Shown in pieces: positions 8,496-18,113 of a stretch of DNA of 32,000 bases. A program made the position numbers and the translations under genes. The notes below the pieces were generated by a model. That model searched no databases. It was not told where the DNA came from and saw nothing but the letters and a program-made list of their open reading frames with translations. Source of the stretch: Promethearchaeota archaeon (GTDB taxonomy: Archaea > Asgardarchaeota > Hermodarchaeia > Hermodarchaeales > Hermodarchaeaceae). Numbering within the stretch: the first letter of the stretch is position 1; each line of letters opens with the position of its first letter. The stretch spans positions 11,083 through 43,082 of the forward strand of contig JBHLMI010000025.1 in the NCBI GenBank assembly GCA_048938295.1, read 5' to 3'.

Positions 8496-9449
8496 TTAAG
8501 CCAAGCTCATGCTTAGTAGGAATAAATATAGACCAATAGCCACGAGAGCGCCGATTAAACAAGACACCATGTTGACCATGTGATTGTCCAAGAAATGGCT
8601 ACCACGAAGATAAGTGGCATTTTCTCCACAATGAACTTTCTTTTCGGTTTGCTTACCGCATACACCACAGGCCCAATGTCCCTGAATTGTAGCTCCTAAA
8701 ACACTGTCAACCGTACAGCCAACGATTCCGCCTAGCATTGCGACTAAAACATAGGTGACCGGAGCAATTCCTGCTAGTTCAGGCATCAACATGGTTCCAA
8801 ACCAATTAATCCAGAATGGTGCTACGAGGAGGGCAGCAATCCCGCCAATGAGCAAGGTGCCAAGAAGTGTGGCAAGCTCACCGGCCACAGAGATTCCACC
8901 TGAGGTTCCTGGAGGAACCACCATGCGGAGGTTGGTAATCAGACGTGGAGGTTGTGGATTGAGTAATCCAATTTCTGTAGCTAGTGTGTCTGCTGTGGCG
9001 GTAGCCACTGCACCTAAAAACGCTACAAAGGCCACTGCAATCACTAACGATGCGGGGACCACCATATGACCAACACCGACATCAATCCGTCCATACGCAT
9101 TGCTTTGCCCAAAGAAAAAAATCAGCGAAACCGCAAAGAGCACAATACTGAGTGGCAAACCTCCGTTCGCCAAAACATGGGACCAATCCCTAGCCCCGCC
9201 CTTTTCTTGTGCCGCACCATGCTGATGTTTAATCTTGTATTTGTAATGAGTAAATTGGGCGGTTACCACGAAGAAGATTAGCAGAATTAAAAACCAGGTC
9301 CACGAGGTGAGTAACCACACTGTGATGCCCAAGAAAAAGGCTGCAACAAGTCCTGACTTAGTCACAATGCGCCCCCTGTAAGCTATTACTGCCAAGGTCC
9401 CCATCACAAGGATGGCAATCAGCACACTTACGGGGTCAAATAGCACCAT
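8496..9449 (-). CDS. DUF92 / TMEM19 family membrane protein
   Basis: Motifs EKGGARDWSHVLANG, ATADTLATEIG, PPGTSGGISVAGE, DSVLGATIQ and a CGVCGK.TE...HCG insert. Confidence 0.88.
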   Translation of the reverse strand: MVLFDPVSVLIAILVMGTLAVIAYRGRIVTKSGLVAAFFLGITVWLLTSWTWFLILLIFFVVTAQFTHYKYKIKHQHGAAQEKGGARDWSHVLANGGLPLSIVLFAVSLIFFFGQSNAYGRIDVGVGHMVVPASLVIAVAFVAFLGAVATATADTLATEIGLLNPQPPRLITNLRMVVPPGTSGGISVAGELATLLGTLLIGGIAALLVAPFWINWFGTMLMPELAGIAPVTYVLVAMLGGIVGCTVDSVLGATIQGHWACGVCGKQTEKKVHCGENATYLRGSHFLDNHMVNMVSCLIGALVAIGLYLFLLSMSLA

Positions 9450-9638
9450 GGAATGTCAACTCTGCATCAAATGTCGCATAAATTCTGTTGCGTAGGTTTC
9501 CAGGGAAGAGATTGCGTTGGAACACGTCTGATAGCCGTGTGCCAATACATTCTGATATAAACCTTGCCGTTGAAGAAACAGGAAAGTCGGTGATTGTCGA
9601 AAGATTATAGGGGTATCGACTCGATGGTCACATACTAG

Positions 9639-11588
9639 TTATTGCATTAGATGTTTCTTGAAGAAAGCCACAATCGCCCGATACGCCTTCATCAAGTTCT
9701 CCACCTTCGTGAAGCCGTGGCCTTCATTCTCAAACACAAGGTATTCAACTTCGACTCCCTGTTTACGGAGTTGCTTAGCGACATCAGCGGATTCTGCTTC
9801 GACAACCCGGGGGTCATTACGTCCTTGAATGATTAGCATTGGCGCTTTGACGTTGCTGAAGTGGGTTGCAGGTGATCGCTCGGTTAGAAATTCTTTGTCG
9901 GTGTCTGGGTGTCCTACAGCATGATAGAACCAAGTTCGCCAAGTTTCAGGTAAACGCTCAATGAAAGTAAAGAGGTTATACGGTCCAAACATATCACAGG
10001 ACGCTTTCCAATATTCTGAATAGTTTGCAGACAGCCATAGAGTCATATAGCCACCATAACTACGACCCACGACAGCTCGACGGCTCGAATCAATACGTTG
10101 ATCCTTCTCAAGGAACTTCAATCCTTCGATATGATCCTTTGCGTCACCGCCTCCCCAATCCCGGTCAACAAGTTTCATGTAAGATTGTCCGTATCCTGTA
10201 CTACCACGGACGTTGGGCACAAATACTGCAAATCCATTTAATGTGAAATACTGAATAAGGGGCATGGAAAACCATGTGTAATCTGGGCGCTCTTGACTTT
10301 GGGGACCTCCATGGACATAGAGAATCAATGGATACGGTTTCTTGTATCCCAGTTCCTTGGAGGGCAGGTATAATCGTGCTGAAATCTGTAAGCCATCGAA
10401 ACTTTTGAAACTGGCATCTTCTCCAGGGGCGAGATAGTTTTGGTCAATACCAAGAATACGTTCATTCGAAAGTCGTTTAACCCACTCAGTTTTTGAAGAA
10501 GGGGTTATGAGAAAAATCTGGGAAGGGGATGTGGCCGTTGTAAATGTAGCAACATACTCTACTGCAGGACTTTCCTTTTCGTCAGATATTGCTTCATCAA
10601 TGCCTAAATCAACACCACCATCCAATGGTGGCTTCCCGATGAGAACTTCTTTAAGGTGGAATTGCGGCGCCGTAGGTGTTTCATCTAATTCGGCTTGATA
10701 TACCCAGCTGCAACCATCAATGTTGAATCCAATTATGTACCGGCTGCCTTGGATTTGTCTCATCCAATCCAGTTGGCCCAAGCCTTTATGCTGTATCCCA
10801 GTGACTTTCACCGGATGAACCTTCTTAGGATCTGACAAATCGAGGAATCCAATACCACCTTTATCATCGTGAAGAGTCGTCTTGAAGATGAGTGCTAAAT
10901 CGTCTCGGATAAAATAACAGCGCCCTAATCCTAGCAGTGGATACTCCTTTCCCTTCTCTCGATCCTCTATGGGAGTTCCGAGTAAAAGGGATCGTTGTTT
11001 GTCACCCTTCTTGAAGATATATAATACATCGTCATTTGCCGTGTAGGTGTCTCCGAGGAGGACTTGGTCGTGATTCTGATTATAGCCCACGCAATAGTTC
11101 CCATAAATGCTTGTTCCTAATGATGTGATATCCAGAGTCTCAAGATCCACCTTGATTGTTTCCATGTCAGGGGTTTTTCGATCATCAATTGTAAAATAAA
11201 CCGTGGCTGTTCTCCTATCAAATTCAATGAGCATTAATTGTTGCCCTGCATATCGATCACCGAATATGGGTTTAGGAACCCCTCCAGAAAGCGGGATGAA
11301 ACAAGGCTGATAGTTTTCATCACCATCTTTATCCACCATGACTAAAATTTTCTTGAGTGATGGGATTACCCGGTAATTGTAACCAGCCATTAGGTGGGGA
11401 TTTTGAAGGGCTAAACCCCGTGGAAGGAGTGGTTCCGGGATACTACCCTGCTTATCCATAACGAACAGGCTATACAATCCACTCATATCGCTGATGAAAT
11501 AGATTCTCCCATCAACGAGCTGAGGGGACAATATCCGGCGCGCCGATAGTAGTGATTCGAGAGGAAAGGATTTGCTTTTATCCGCCAT
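9639..11588 (-). CDS. S9 family peptidase (beta-propeller plus alpha/beta hydrolase)
   Basis: Motifs VHGGPQS, NVRGSTGYG, nucleophile GRSYGG, acid GRNDPRV, base EGHGF. GAGGT precedes ATG 11588. Confidence 0.92.
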   Translation of the reverse strand: MADKSKSFPLESLLSARRILSPQLVDGRIYFISDMSGLYSLFVMDKQGSIPEPLLPRGLALQNPHLMAGYNYRVIPSLKKILVMVDKDGDENYQPCFIPLSGGVPKPIFGDRYAGQQLMLIEFDRRTATVYFTIDDRKTPDMETIKVDLETLDITSLGTSIYGNYCVGYNQNHDQVLLGDTYTANDDVLYIFKKGDKQRSLLLGTPIEDREKGKEYPLLGLGRCYFIRDDLALIFKTTLHDDKGGIGFLDLSDPKKVHPVKVTGIQHKGLGQLDWMRQIQGSRYIIGFNIDGCSWVYQAELDETPTAPQFHLKEVLIGKPPLDGGVDLGIDEAISDEKESPAVEYVATFTTATSPSQIFLITPSSKTEWVKRLSNERILGIDQNYLAPGEDASFKSFDGLQISARLYLPSKELGYKKPYPLILYVHGGPQSQERPDYTWFSMPLIQYFTLNGFAVFVPNVRGSTGYGQSYMKLVDRDWGGGDAKDHIEGLKFLEKDQRIDSSRRAVVGRSYGGYMTLWLSANYSEYWKASCDMFGPYNLFTFIERLPETWRTWFYHAVGHPDTDKEFLTERSPATHFSNVKAPMLIIQGRNDPRVVEAESADVAKQLRKQGVEVEYLVFENEGHGFTKVENLMKAYRAIVAFFKKHLMQ

Positions 11589-11670
11589 TATAATTACCTC
11601 GGTCAGACCTTTCAAGCCCTCGTCTTTATAGATTTGATTGTCTAGGACGGATTCGCATATAGACTGCAGG

Positions 11671-12585
11671 TTAACGAAGTTCTAGCGACTCTGAGTCTCG
11701 TACAAGGCTTACTTCTCGGGCTAATAATATAGTTGCACCCATGACAATTGCAGCACCCGCAAGTTGCCAAGGTGTGGGAGGAATCTTGAAAACAATAGCA
11801 TAAAGAGTAAATGTAACCAGCGGTGCTGGAGCGATTAGTGCTGTAGCTTTCCCCAGGTTTATACGACTGATACCTTCATACCATAGACTATGGGCAAGGA
11901 GAATCACGATTGCTTCAATTATGATTATCACCACAACCACCGAGAAGTTGGACGTAAAAAGAATGAGGTCTCCTAGCAATATTCCACTAACCGCCAGGAG
12001 GAGAAGCAATGCCCCCCCAACAAGGTTGCGATATGCTACAGCCGTCCACGAAGATACCCGTTGTAATACTGGTTTGGCAAAGGTATGTCCTGCAGCCCAT
12101 GCCATTGGTGTAATCAGGAGGAGTATGTCACCGATTCCAAGTGCTGTCAATTGGTTTGTCACTACGACAAGTAAGACACCAAAAAACATGAGCGTCATCC
12201 AAGCTAATTGCCGCTTTGAGATTGTTTCATTCAAAAAGAAATATCCAAAGGTTAAGGCGAATACCAATTCAGATCGTAAAATAATGGCCGCATTATTCGA
12301 ACTGGAAAGTTGTACTCCGATAAACAGACAGGTAAAGGCTAAAAAGGTCCCTAAAACTCCAGCCATCATAAGACGACGTTTATCTGATGCTGAGATGCCC
12401 TGGCTAATCTTCGGCGTTGATTTTCGCCTGATGATGAATGCTGTAAGGCCAGCGCCAAGTGCTGCTATGGAGGCAAACACAAGTGGGGCTACCAATAATC
12501 CGCCAAACTCGATGACGACCGGATGAATACCATAGACAAAGAGACCAATGAGGATGAAAAGTGTGCCAAGGTTTTCTTTGTCCAT
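11671..12585 (-). CDS. DMT / EamA family transporter
   Basis: About 10 TM segments arranged as two EamA-like halves (LFIGVQLSSSNNAAII...GYFFLNE; WYEGISRINLGKA). Confidence 0.85.
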   Translation of the reverse strand: MDKENLGTLFILIGLFVYGIHPVVIEFGGLLVAPLVFASIAALGAGLTAFIIRRKSTPKISQGISASDKRRLMMAGVLGTFLAFTCLFIGVQLSSSNNAAIILRSELVFALTFGYFFLNETISKRQLAWMTLMFFGVLLVVVTNQLTALGIGDILLLITPMAWAAGHTFAKPVLQRVSSWTAVAYRNLVGGALLLLLAVSGILLGDLILFTSNFSVVVVIIIIEAIVILLAHSLWYEGISRINLGKATALIAPAPLVTFTLYAIVFKIPPTPWQLAGAAIVMGATILLAREVSLVRDSESLELR

Positions 12586-12697
12586 GTTAAGTCACTTTCT
12601 TGAAGACGCATCTCTGACATTACTGATAGATATAAATGGTATGTCACTAGTGAGTACAATATCCCAACACCTTTCACTCCGCTTGGAGTTCCTTTAT

Positions 12698-13243
12698 ATG
12701 GCTGAATCCTTGCTCGAAATAGAAGTATTAAACCGCATCAAAGCCGAAGCGAAAAAGAACAGCTGTTCTGAGAAAGAGGTCATCCAAGCATATATTCGAA
12801 AAATGAATCAAGATAACCATGATGAATTTCAGAAAACGCCCATTGAGGAGCGGATCGTGCTTGTCCCACAATGTCTCCGCGAATCTGACTGCAAAGCCCC
12901 CCTGGGCGAATATGGCTACATCTGCCAGCACTGCAACCCTGAATGCCAGGTAAATCAGATTTCCAAAGCCGCAGACAAACTTGGGTATAAAGGTGTCTAC
13001 ATCCTACCAGGCGGCAGTATGGCTCAAAAAATCATCGACTTCAGTCAACCCCACGCCATCCTTGGCATCGCCTGTGAAAAAGAAGCCTTGCTGGGTGGAC
13101 TCCTTCTGAAGAAACTTGGAATCATTGGCCGTGCGATTCTACTTTTCCGTGATGGCTGCGTCAACACCTTGGTTAAAGTCGCTGATGTCCTTAAAATCCT
13201 CGGCGTCAAGCTAGACCGCCGGCAAGATGCGAAAGATCGATGA
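12698..13243 (+). CDS. DUF116 family Cys-rich protein
   Basis: Motifs VPQCLR..C, CQHC...C.V, LPGGS, GIACE, GCVNT. Start moved to ATG 12698, which has GGAG upstream. Confidence 0.85.
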   Translation: MAESLLEIEVLNRIKAEAKKNSCSEKEVIQAYIRKMNQDNHDEFQKTPIEERIVLVPQCLRESDCKAPLGEYGYICQHCNPECQVNQISKAADKLGYKGVYILPGGSMAQKIIDFSQPHAILGIACEKEALLGGLLLKKLGIIGRAILLFRDGCVNTLVKVADVLKILGVKLDRRQDAKDR

Positions 13244-13249
13244 ATTAAT

Positions 13250-13657
13250 TCACCCTTCCCAGGTCTTCGCAGGCACCCAACCGTGCATCTCATCTGCCGC
13301 ATTCAGTACTTGGCGAATGTATCGGGATAACTCTTCTGCCGTAAGATCCGTATCAGCAGTCTCTACCACAACAGCCAAGTCTCCATCAGGGTCCAAACAG
13401 AATTTAATGCCATTCCAAGACCACGCCTCCTGGAGCAACTTCGCGTAGAATGCAGTCGTGTCCTTAGCAGAGAGCTTGGGAAATTTCTGCCAGCCCACAA
13501 TGGTGAGCCAGACATCATTAGGGCTAAAAATGAAATTAATAACAAGATTTTCCCATTTGTCGGTTTTCCAGAGGGCGACGACGGTTTCGTCTTTGAGTTC
13601 GTATCTGACTTCAAGTTCATCAAGCAGGCTGGTAATTTCTTCTATTCGTTTTCCCAT
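13250..13657 (-). CDS. YbjN / type-III-chaperone-fold protein
   Basis: 135 aa, acidic. The pattern LLQEAWSWNGIKFCLDPDGDLAVVVE fits this fold. Confidence 0.6.
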   Translation of the reverse strand: MGKRIEEITSLLDELEVRYELKDETVVALWKTDKWENLVINFIFSPNDVWLTIVGWQKFPKLSAKDTTAFYAKLLQEAWSWNGIKFCLDPDGDLAVVVETADTDLTAEELSRYIRQVLNAADEMHGWVPAKTWEG

Positions 13658-13843
13658 TGGTGTAGCCTCAGATTGGTTATAGTGGTTTCGTCACTGTTCG
13701 TGTAACGGTAGAAAAACCTTTTCGAGTTAAGGCTTTGAAGGTGCACGGAGGATGTGTTTTCGTAATGGAGGGGTTCTTTAAAAGACCAGACCCCGGTTAG
13801 TATCGTGGGTTCTCAATAGGCGGCAAGTTTCTGCTATCGTCTA

Positions 13844-14191
13844 ATGAGCCAGTTTACCTATAGGTTGCAGTTATCAAAGGTGTTGAAAGTGACCCAGGAC
13901 AGTTCCATTTACAAACGGACACGTTACGACATCTATGCCATGCTACTCCGCATCATCATAATTCATGGCTATTGCCCCCTAACCCGGGCAGCTCGCTCAA
14001 CGAATCTGCCCGTGGATCGGGCAAAGACCACCCTGGTGTTTCTTGAAGAGCGGGGCCTTGTCGAAGCCATTGAAGAAAAAAATCGGAGGTTATTTCGGGT
14101 CACAGTCCGGGGACGACAGTACCTGGAAATGTATAAGCGTATGATTGGCTTTGTCGGCATGCCCATGCCCGAACCCGTCACACCGTTTTAG
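13844..14191 (+). CDS. Archaeal winged-helix DNA-binding protein
   Basis: Pattern RTRYDIYAMLL...LTRAARSTNL...LVFLEERGLV...FRVTVRGRQYL. Confidence 0.75.
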   Translation: MSQFTYRLQLSKVLKVTQDSSIYKRTRYDIYAMLLRIIIIHGYCPLTRAARSTNLPVDRAKTTLVFLEERGLVEAIEEKNRRLFRVTVRGRQYLEMYKRMIGFVGMPMPEPVTPF

Positions 14192-14238
14192 TGTTATCGC
14201 AATATGAAGGGAATTCCAAAGTGAAATGAGGTTTAGCG

Positions 14239-15195
14239 ATGGGAATCAATTCAAGTGTATATGACACTGTAGTTGTTGGCGGTGGTCCTGCAGGAATCGC
14301 CGCCGCAATGCATTTGGGGTTTCATCAGCGGAGAGTCTTAATCATCGACCGAAAGACAACACCGATGCAATTTGCGAATACTCCAATCCATAATTATCCT
14401 GGTGTGAAACCCCTCGTTGCCCCCACAAAAATCCTTCAAAAGATGAGGAGAGAATTACGTGAGTATAACGTTGAAACCTTTTTTGGTAATGTGATCGGCA
14501 TCACGGGGCAGACGCCAAATTTTCTTATTGACGTCAAATCTGCCCAAGAGACGCTTACAACGGTCACCGCGAAAACCTTGGTCTTGGCAACGGGGATTGC
14601 TCGCAAACATCCTAAGGTCGACGGTGATTGGAAAAAGTGGCTTCCGTTTGCGGGAAAAAATCACACGAGCTATTACTGTCCAGATTGTGATAGTCCACAA
14701 GCTACCGGGAAAGACGTCATCATCGTCAATGCTGGGACAGCCAATAGCGCACTGCACGTGGCTCGGTGCATCAAACCCTTTGCAACGCGCATTCGAATTT
14801 TCATGACCGAAGATGCCTACGCCCCTTACACCAAGGACTCTGAAACAATTCTGAATAAGTCGGGTTTCGAATGGACCCATGGACTCATTAAAGAAATTAA
14901 CATACTAGAACCTGGAAAACGACAGCAGCTTATCACCGCTGATGATCGAACCCTTGAATGCAATATCTTCTTCGTTGCATGGGTTGCTGTTCCACGGAGT
15001 GAGCTTGCGAAACGAATGGGTGTTGATGTGGATACGCAAGGTAATATCATCACTGATCACAAGGGAACTACAAATATCAAAGGGGTCTGGGCTGCAGGAG
15101 ACATCCTACCTATCACCCAAACAGTTGCTACCGCAGTTGGGACAGGTGTATATGCTGGAATCATGATTGCCCACTACTTGTTATCATTTGATTGA
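14239..15195 (+). CDS. Thioredoxin-reductase-like flavoprotein with CxxC and atypical pyridine-nucleotide motifs
   Basis: FAD motifs VVGGGPAG and TNIKGVWAAGD; redox centre CPDC at 14677. The NADPH motifs are replaced by NAGTANSA and MTED. Confidence 0.85.
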   Translation: MGINSSVYDTVVVGGGPAGIAAAMHLGFHQRRVLIIDRKTTPMQFANTPIHNYPGVKPLVAPTKILQKMRRELREYNVETFFGNVIGITGQTPNFLIDVKSAQETLTTVTAKTLVLATGIARKHPKVDGDWKKWLPFAGKNHTSYYCPDCDSPQATGKDVIIVNAGTANSALHVARCIKPFATRIRIFMTEDAYAPYTKDSETILNKSGFEWTHGLIKEINILEPGKRQQLITADDRTLECNIFFVAWVAVPRSELAKRMGVDVDTQGNIITDHKGTTNIKGVWAAGDILPITQTVATAVGTGVYAGIMIAHYLLSFD

Positions 15196-15261
15196 ACTCA
15201 ACAACACAACCATTGGCTAGCAATTTCATCAGCCTGAAAAGATAATAACATCTCAGAGACT

Positions 15262-15537
15262 TCACACAACGACTCTTTCCTCAGCTAGTTCTTTTAACAG
15301 TATTAATCCCCGGTTGATCTTATCTCTCAGTTCCGCAATATCTCCTTCTTCAGCCTTATGTTTATCAAAAAGTACCACTACCGAAAGCTGAAGTCTATTA
15401 AGGGAAAGAAAAATCCGATAACAAGTCTGATGTTCCTCTGGGGTATCAAACGAAAAGGTTACTGGCCAATCCCATTCTTTCGTGATTTGTAAAATGAATT
15501 GCTTCACCCATGAAGAAAGTTTTCTCCTAGATACCAT
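15262..15537 (-). CDS. Small hypothetical protein
   Basis: ATG start, 91 aa, plausible alpha/beta composition. A TATA-like TTTATATT lies on the - strand at ~15573-15580. Confidence 0.5.
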   Translation of the reverse strand: MVSRRKLSSWVKQFILQITKEWDWPVTFSFDTPEEHQTCYRIFLSLNRLQLSVVVLFDKHKAEEGDIAELRDKINRGLILLKELAEERVVV

Positions 15538-15679
15538 TAGTTACGCACAATCCACTATTTGTCGAGTATGAATATAAAAAATGAAGATAGTCGCATCATC
15601 TGACTCCAAACTCACCAATTACTCTCATAATTCGCCTATTTTAAGTTTAAACACTCGTTTTCAAACAAAGTCAGTTTAG

Positions 15680-15726
15680 TTACATTATGTGAATCCAAAA
15701 TGGAGAATTACTCACATATTGTGAGT
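15680..15726. promoter_or_regulatory. Putative operator pair (TCACA-N3-TGTGA)
   Basis: TTACA-TTA-TGTGA at 15680-15692 and the perfect inverted repeat ACTCACA-TAT-TGTGAGT at 15710-15726. The centres are 32 bp apart. Confidence 0.7.
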
Positions 15727-15871
15727 CTCAAAATACCGATTTTTGTATGGCTATATGATAGGACAGACCTTAAGTCCCAGATTACCGTTTTTTGGGTCGG
15801 ATAGTGATGGGACTCGTACTTGGAGAGGTGGAGAAAAAAAGGAGTTGATATTAATGAAAAATTGCTGTAGG

Positions 15872-16366
15872 TTAGCAACAATACCTGAATTGCTGAGGAA
15901 AGTTGTCTCCAATCACCAGGAATTCTCCAGAGACTATAATATTGATGATTGTACGAGCCATAACAACAATTTCGCCTTCAATGTAGCTTATGGCATAGAC
16001 GTTGCCGTATACCCATAGAGTTACATTACACGCACCCACTAGGTCAATCCACCCAGTGTCATACAGGCCAGGTTCAGAAAAGGGAAAAAACGCAATCTGC
16101 TGTTCCGAGGTTCCTATTTCAATTCCTGTTAATGCTGCGGGTACATCGAGGCAAACCAGATCTGAAATTTCAACAATCGCACGCATTTGTGAGTATGGCC
16201 AAGGAACATTCACCTCATAGGTCCATTCAATACCTGGAAGGCCATAAAGTTCAAACTGAGTTGGAGTCAAGATTACAATGGGCATCGAATATATTATAGC
16301 CGTGAAGCCACCCACAATCCCTATCGCTATTAGTAAGGTTATTCCTAGCTTGAAAGGTTTTCTCAC
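15872..16366 (-). CDS. Hypothetical membrane-anchored or secreted beta-rich protein
   Basis: GGAGGT lies 8 nt before GTG 16366. N-terminal basic plus hydrophobic segment MRKPFKLGITLLIAIGIVGGFTAII. Confidence 0.65.
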   Translation of the reverse strand: MRKPFKLGITLLIAIGIVGGFTAIIYSMPIVILTPTQFELYGLPGIEWTYEVNVPWPYSQMRAIVEISDLVCLDVPAALTGIEIGTSEQQIAFFPFSEPGLYDTGWIDLVGACNVTLWVYGNVYAISYIEGEIVVMARTIINIIVSGEFLVIGDNFPQQFRYCC

Positions 16367-16461
16367 CAAAAAGACCTCCAAGGATACTAAGAGAACTCTG
16401 CCTAAACCTTGTATTTAGGAATTTTCACTATATCGTCAATTATTCTTATTTAATGAATGTA

Positions 16462-16505
16462 GTCATATCAAGTGACCCCAAAATAGAGAATTACTCACAT
16501 TATGA
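16462..16505. promoter_or_regulatory. Putative operator pair (degenerate)
   Basis: GTCATA-TCA-AGTGAC at 16462-16476 and ACTCACA-TTA-TGA at 16493-16505, centres 32 bp apart. Adjacent to a - strand TATA-like TTAAATAA at 16446-16453. Confidence 0.6.
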
Positions 16506-16648
16506 AAAAAGGGGGCGCTCTTCTTCTGTGAATGAACTGCCTAAAACCATCTTGCGTTGTAACGCCACTTAGGGTGTTTTTGGATGCCGTCTATCTACTT
16601 ATCAGCTGAAAAATATTTATTGGTTTTACATGTCGCTAGAGAGAAGGC

Positions 16649-16687
16649 AATAAAAAGAAGAAGGGGAGGAAGAGTAGACTCTTCCTC
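16649..16687 (-). terminator. Hairpin plus T-tract terminator downstream of the bPH_2 gene
   Basis: Perfect 10-bp inverted repeat GAGGAAGAGT-AG-ACTCTTCCTC at 16666-16687. On the - strand it is followed by CCCTTCTTCTTTTTATT. Confidence 0.7.
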
Positions 16688-16707
16688 ATGTTCAGGCTTA
16701 GCCACGT

Positions 16708-17445
16708 TTAGCTTTTTTCGAGTTTTCGGGCAATTTCCGAGAGGATCTCACGCATTTCCCGAAGGGTTAGAAGAATCTCATCATCCAACGTGTCGGGGAG
16801 TTTTGGTACTTGTTCCTCTCGGCGCCTTAGAACTTCAGTACCGATCGTATAGGGTGCTCGGAACTTCCGTAACTCTTGAAGAATGAAGTCACGTAATTCC
16901 TCAAAAAATTCAAAACCCTCTAATTTTTCTTCAGGACCTGATTTTTGCCCAGAATATCCGGCAGTTTCTATATTGATATTACCAATACCGAATAGCCTGT
17001 CGAAGGGTCCTGCAGTGGTGCTAATGTTAGTGATAGTTCGGAAAGGCACGTGCTTTCGTGTTATGCTAATAATCCCTTTCCGGACATACACCTCTGGCAT
17101 AGTTTCACCTGACTCCGCAATCACCGAATATTCAATTCTTCCAACATAGATGGGCGTTAAAATCCAGGCTGGAATCAGCCAAATTAGGTTAAAGATCCAC
17201 ATTCCAATGTTCATCGGCATCCACCAGGTTATAAGCCAAAGGAATGCACTTGGATCATCAAGACCAATAATTGTGCCAATCCCCCCGACAAAAATTAAGA
17301 ACAGTACGTAGAAGAATAGAGCTAAAATAACCTGTTGAAGCCACATCTTATTCCGCAGAGCCTTTGATGGTTTAAACACCCGACCGCTGGTGATTTTTTC
17401 GCCTGGAGGCTTAATCACCCGTGTCTCTTCATATTCCTTTCCCAA
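16708..17445 (-). CDS. bPH_2 (YdbS-like) PH-domain membrane protein
   Basis: Two TMs, then YVRKGIISITRKHVPFRTITNIS..AGPFDRLFGIGNINIETAG. The start codon directly abuts the regulator's stop. Confidence 0.85.
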   Translation of the reverse strand: MGKEYEETRVIKPPGEKITSGRVFKPSKALRNKMWLQQVILALFFYVLFLIFVGGIGTIIGLDDPSAFLWLITWWMPMNIGMWIFNLIWLIPAWILTPIYVGRIEYSVIAESGETMPEVYVRKGIISITRKHVPFRTITNISTTAGPFDRLFGIGNINIETAGYSGQKSGPEEKLEGFEFFEELRDFILQELRKFRAPYTIGTEVLRRREEQVPKLPDTLDDEILLTLREMREILSEIARKLEKS

Positions 17446-17946
17446 TTAATCCACACTCCGTTGATACCGGGGTATCTCTTTTGCAGCAAGTTTATTGAAG
17501 AGTGCAATGGACTGCCTTGTCATAGGGAGCTCCTTCTCATCTGATCGCAATGTAATATTATATTCATCAATGATTGCATCAAGGGTTTGTCGACACTCTT
17601 GTTGTTTTGGACACTCTGGGCAAAGCTTACCCGCGTAAGATTCGTGTTTGTACCAAACGATAATGCCCATTTTGATTGTAAAAATGATGTATACTTGGGT
17701 ATTGGCCTGATAGTCAAAACCTATCAGAAGCCCCTTGTAATCTAACAAACTCTCAACATCCAAGCGATGACTTCGAGCATGCTCCTGCAGTACTTTTGCA
17801 ATCTTTTTTCTTGCACGGTTTAACACACGGGATACATACGAAACAGACCAACTCTCCTTTTTGCTAGCACTTGCAATATCGCTAGTTGATTGTCCTTGCT
17901 GAAACTGCTGCCAAACTAGCTCTTCATCAGGAGAGAGAAGTCCCAT
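17446..17946 (-). CDS. HTH transcriptional regulator (sigma70-r4/LuxR-like N-terminus) with a C-terminal CxxCPxxxxC domain
   Basis: LSPDEELVW...GQSTSDIA...SVSYVSRVLNRARKKI, and later LCPECPKQQEC. GAGGA precedes ATG 17946, so the start was moved from the ORF-track call. Confidence 0.8.
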   Translation of the reverse strand: MGLLSPDEELVWQQFQQGQSTSDIASASKKESWSVSYVSRVLNRARKKIAKVLQEHARSHRLDVESLLDYKGLLIGFDYQANTQVYIIFTIKMGIIVWYKHESYAGKLCPECPKQQECRQTLDAIIDEYNITLRSDEKELPMTRQSIALFNKLAAKEIPRYQRSVD

Positions 17947-18113
17947 TGTATATTCCTCGTTTTTCGTTTTTATGTAGCGAATTCCTGTTAATGCCTTCGT
18001 ACAAGATTTTGCCACATGTTTACTAAATATTAGTAAACATTTATAAATTTTTGTTTTGCGGAACACGCCAACTAAACTATTCAAACGAATGAAGGGTAAA
18101 CAAAGTTATCATC

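Noticed and set aside
11921-12526. 201-aa + strand ORF
   Set aside because: Antisense to the well-supported EamA transporter and has no motifs of its own.
15743-16018. 91-aa + strand ORF downstream of the first operator pair
   Set aside because: It overlaps the 3' part of the SD-supported - strand gene and has no recognisable features or ribosome-binding site.
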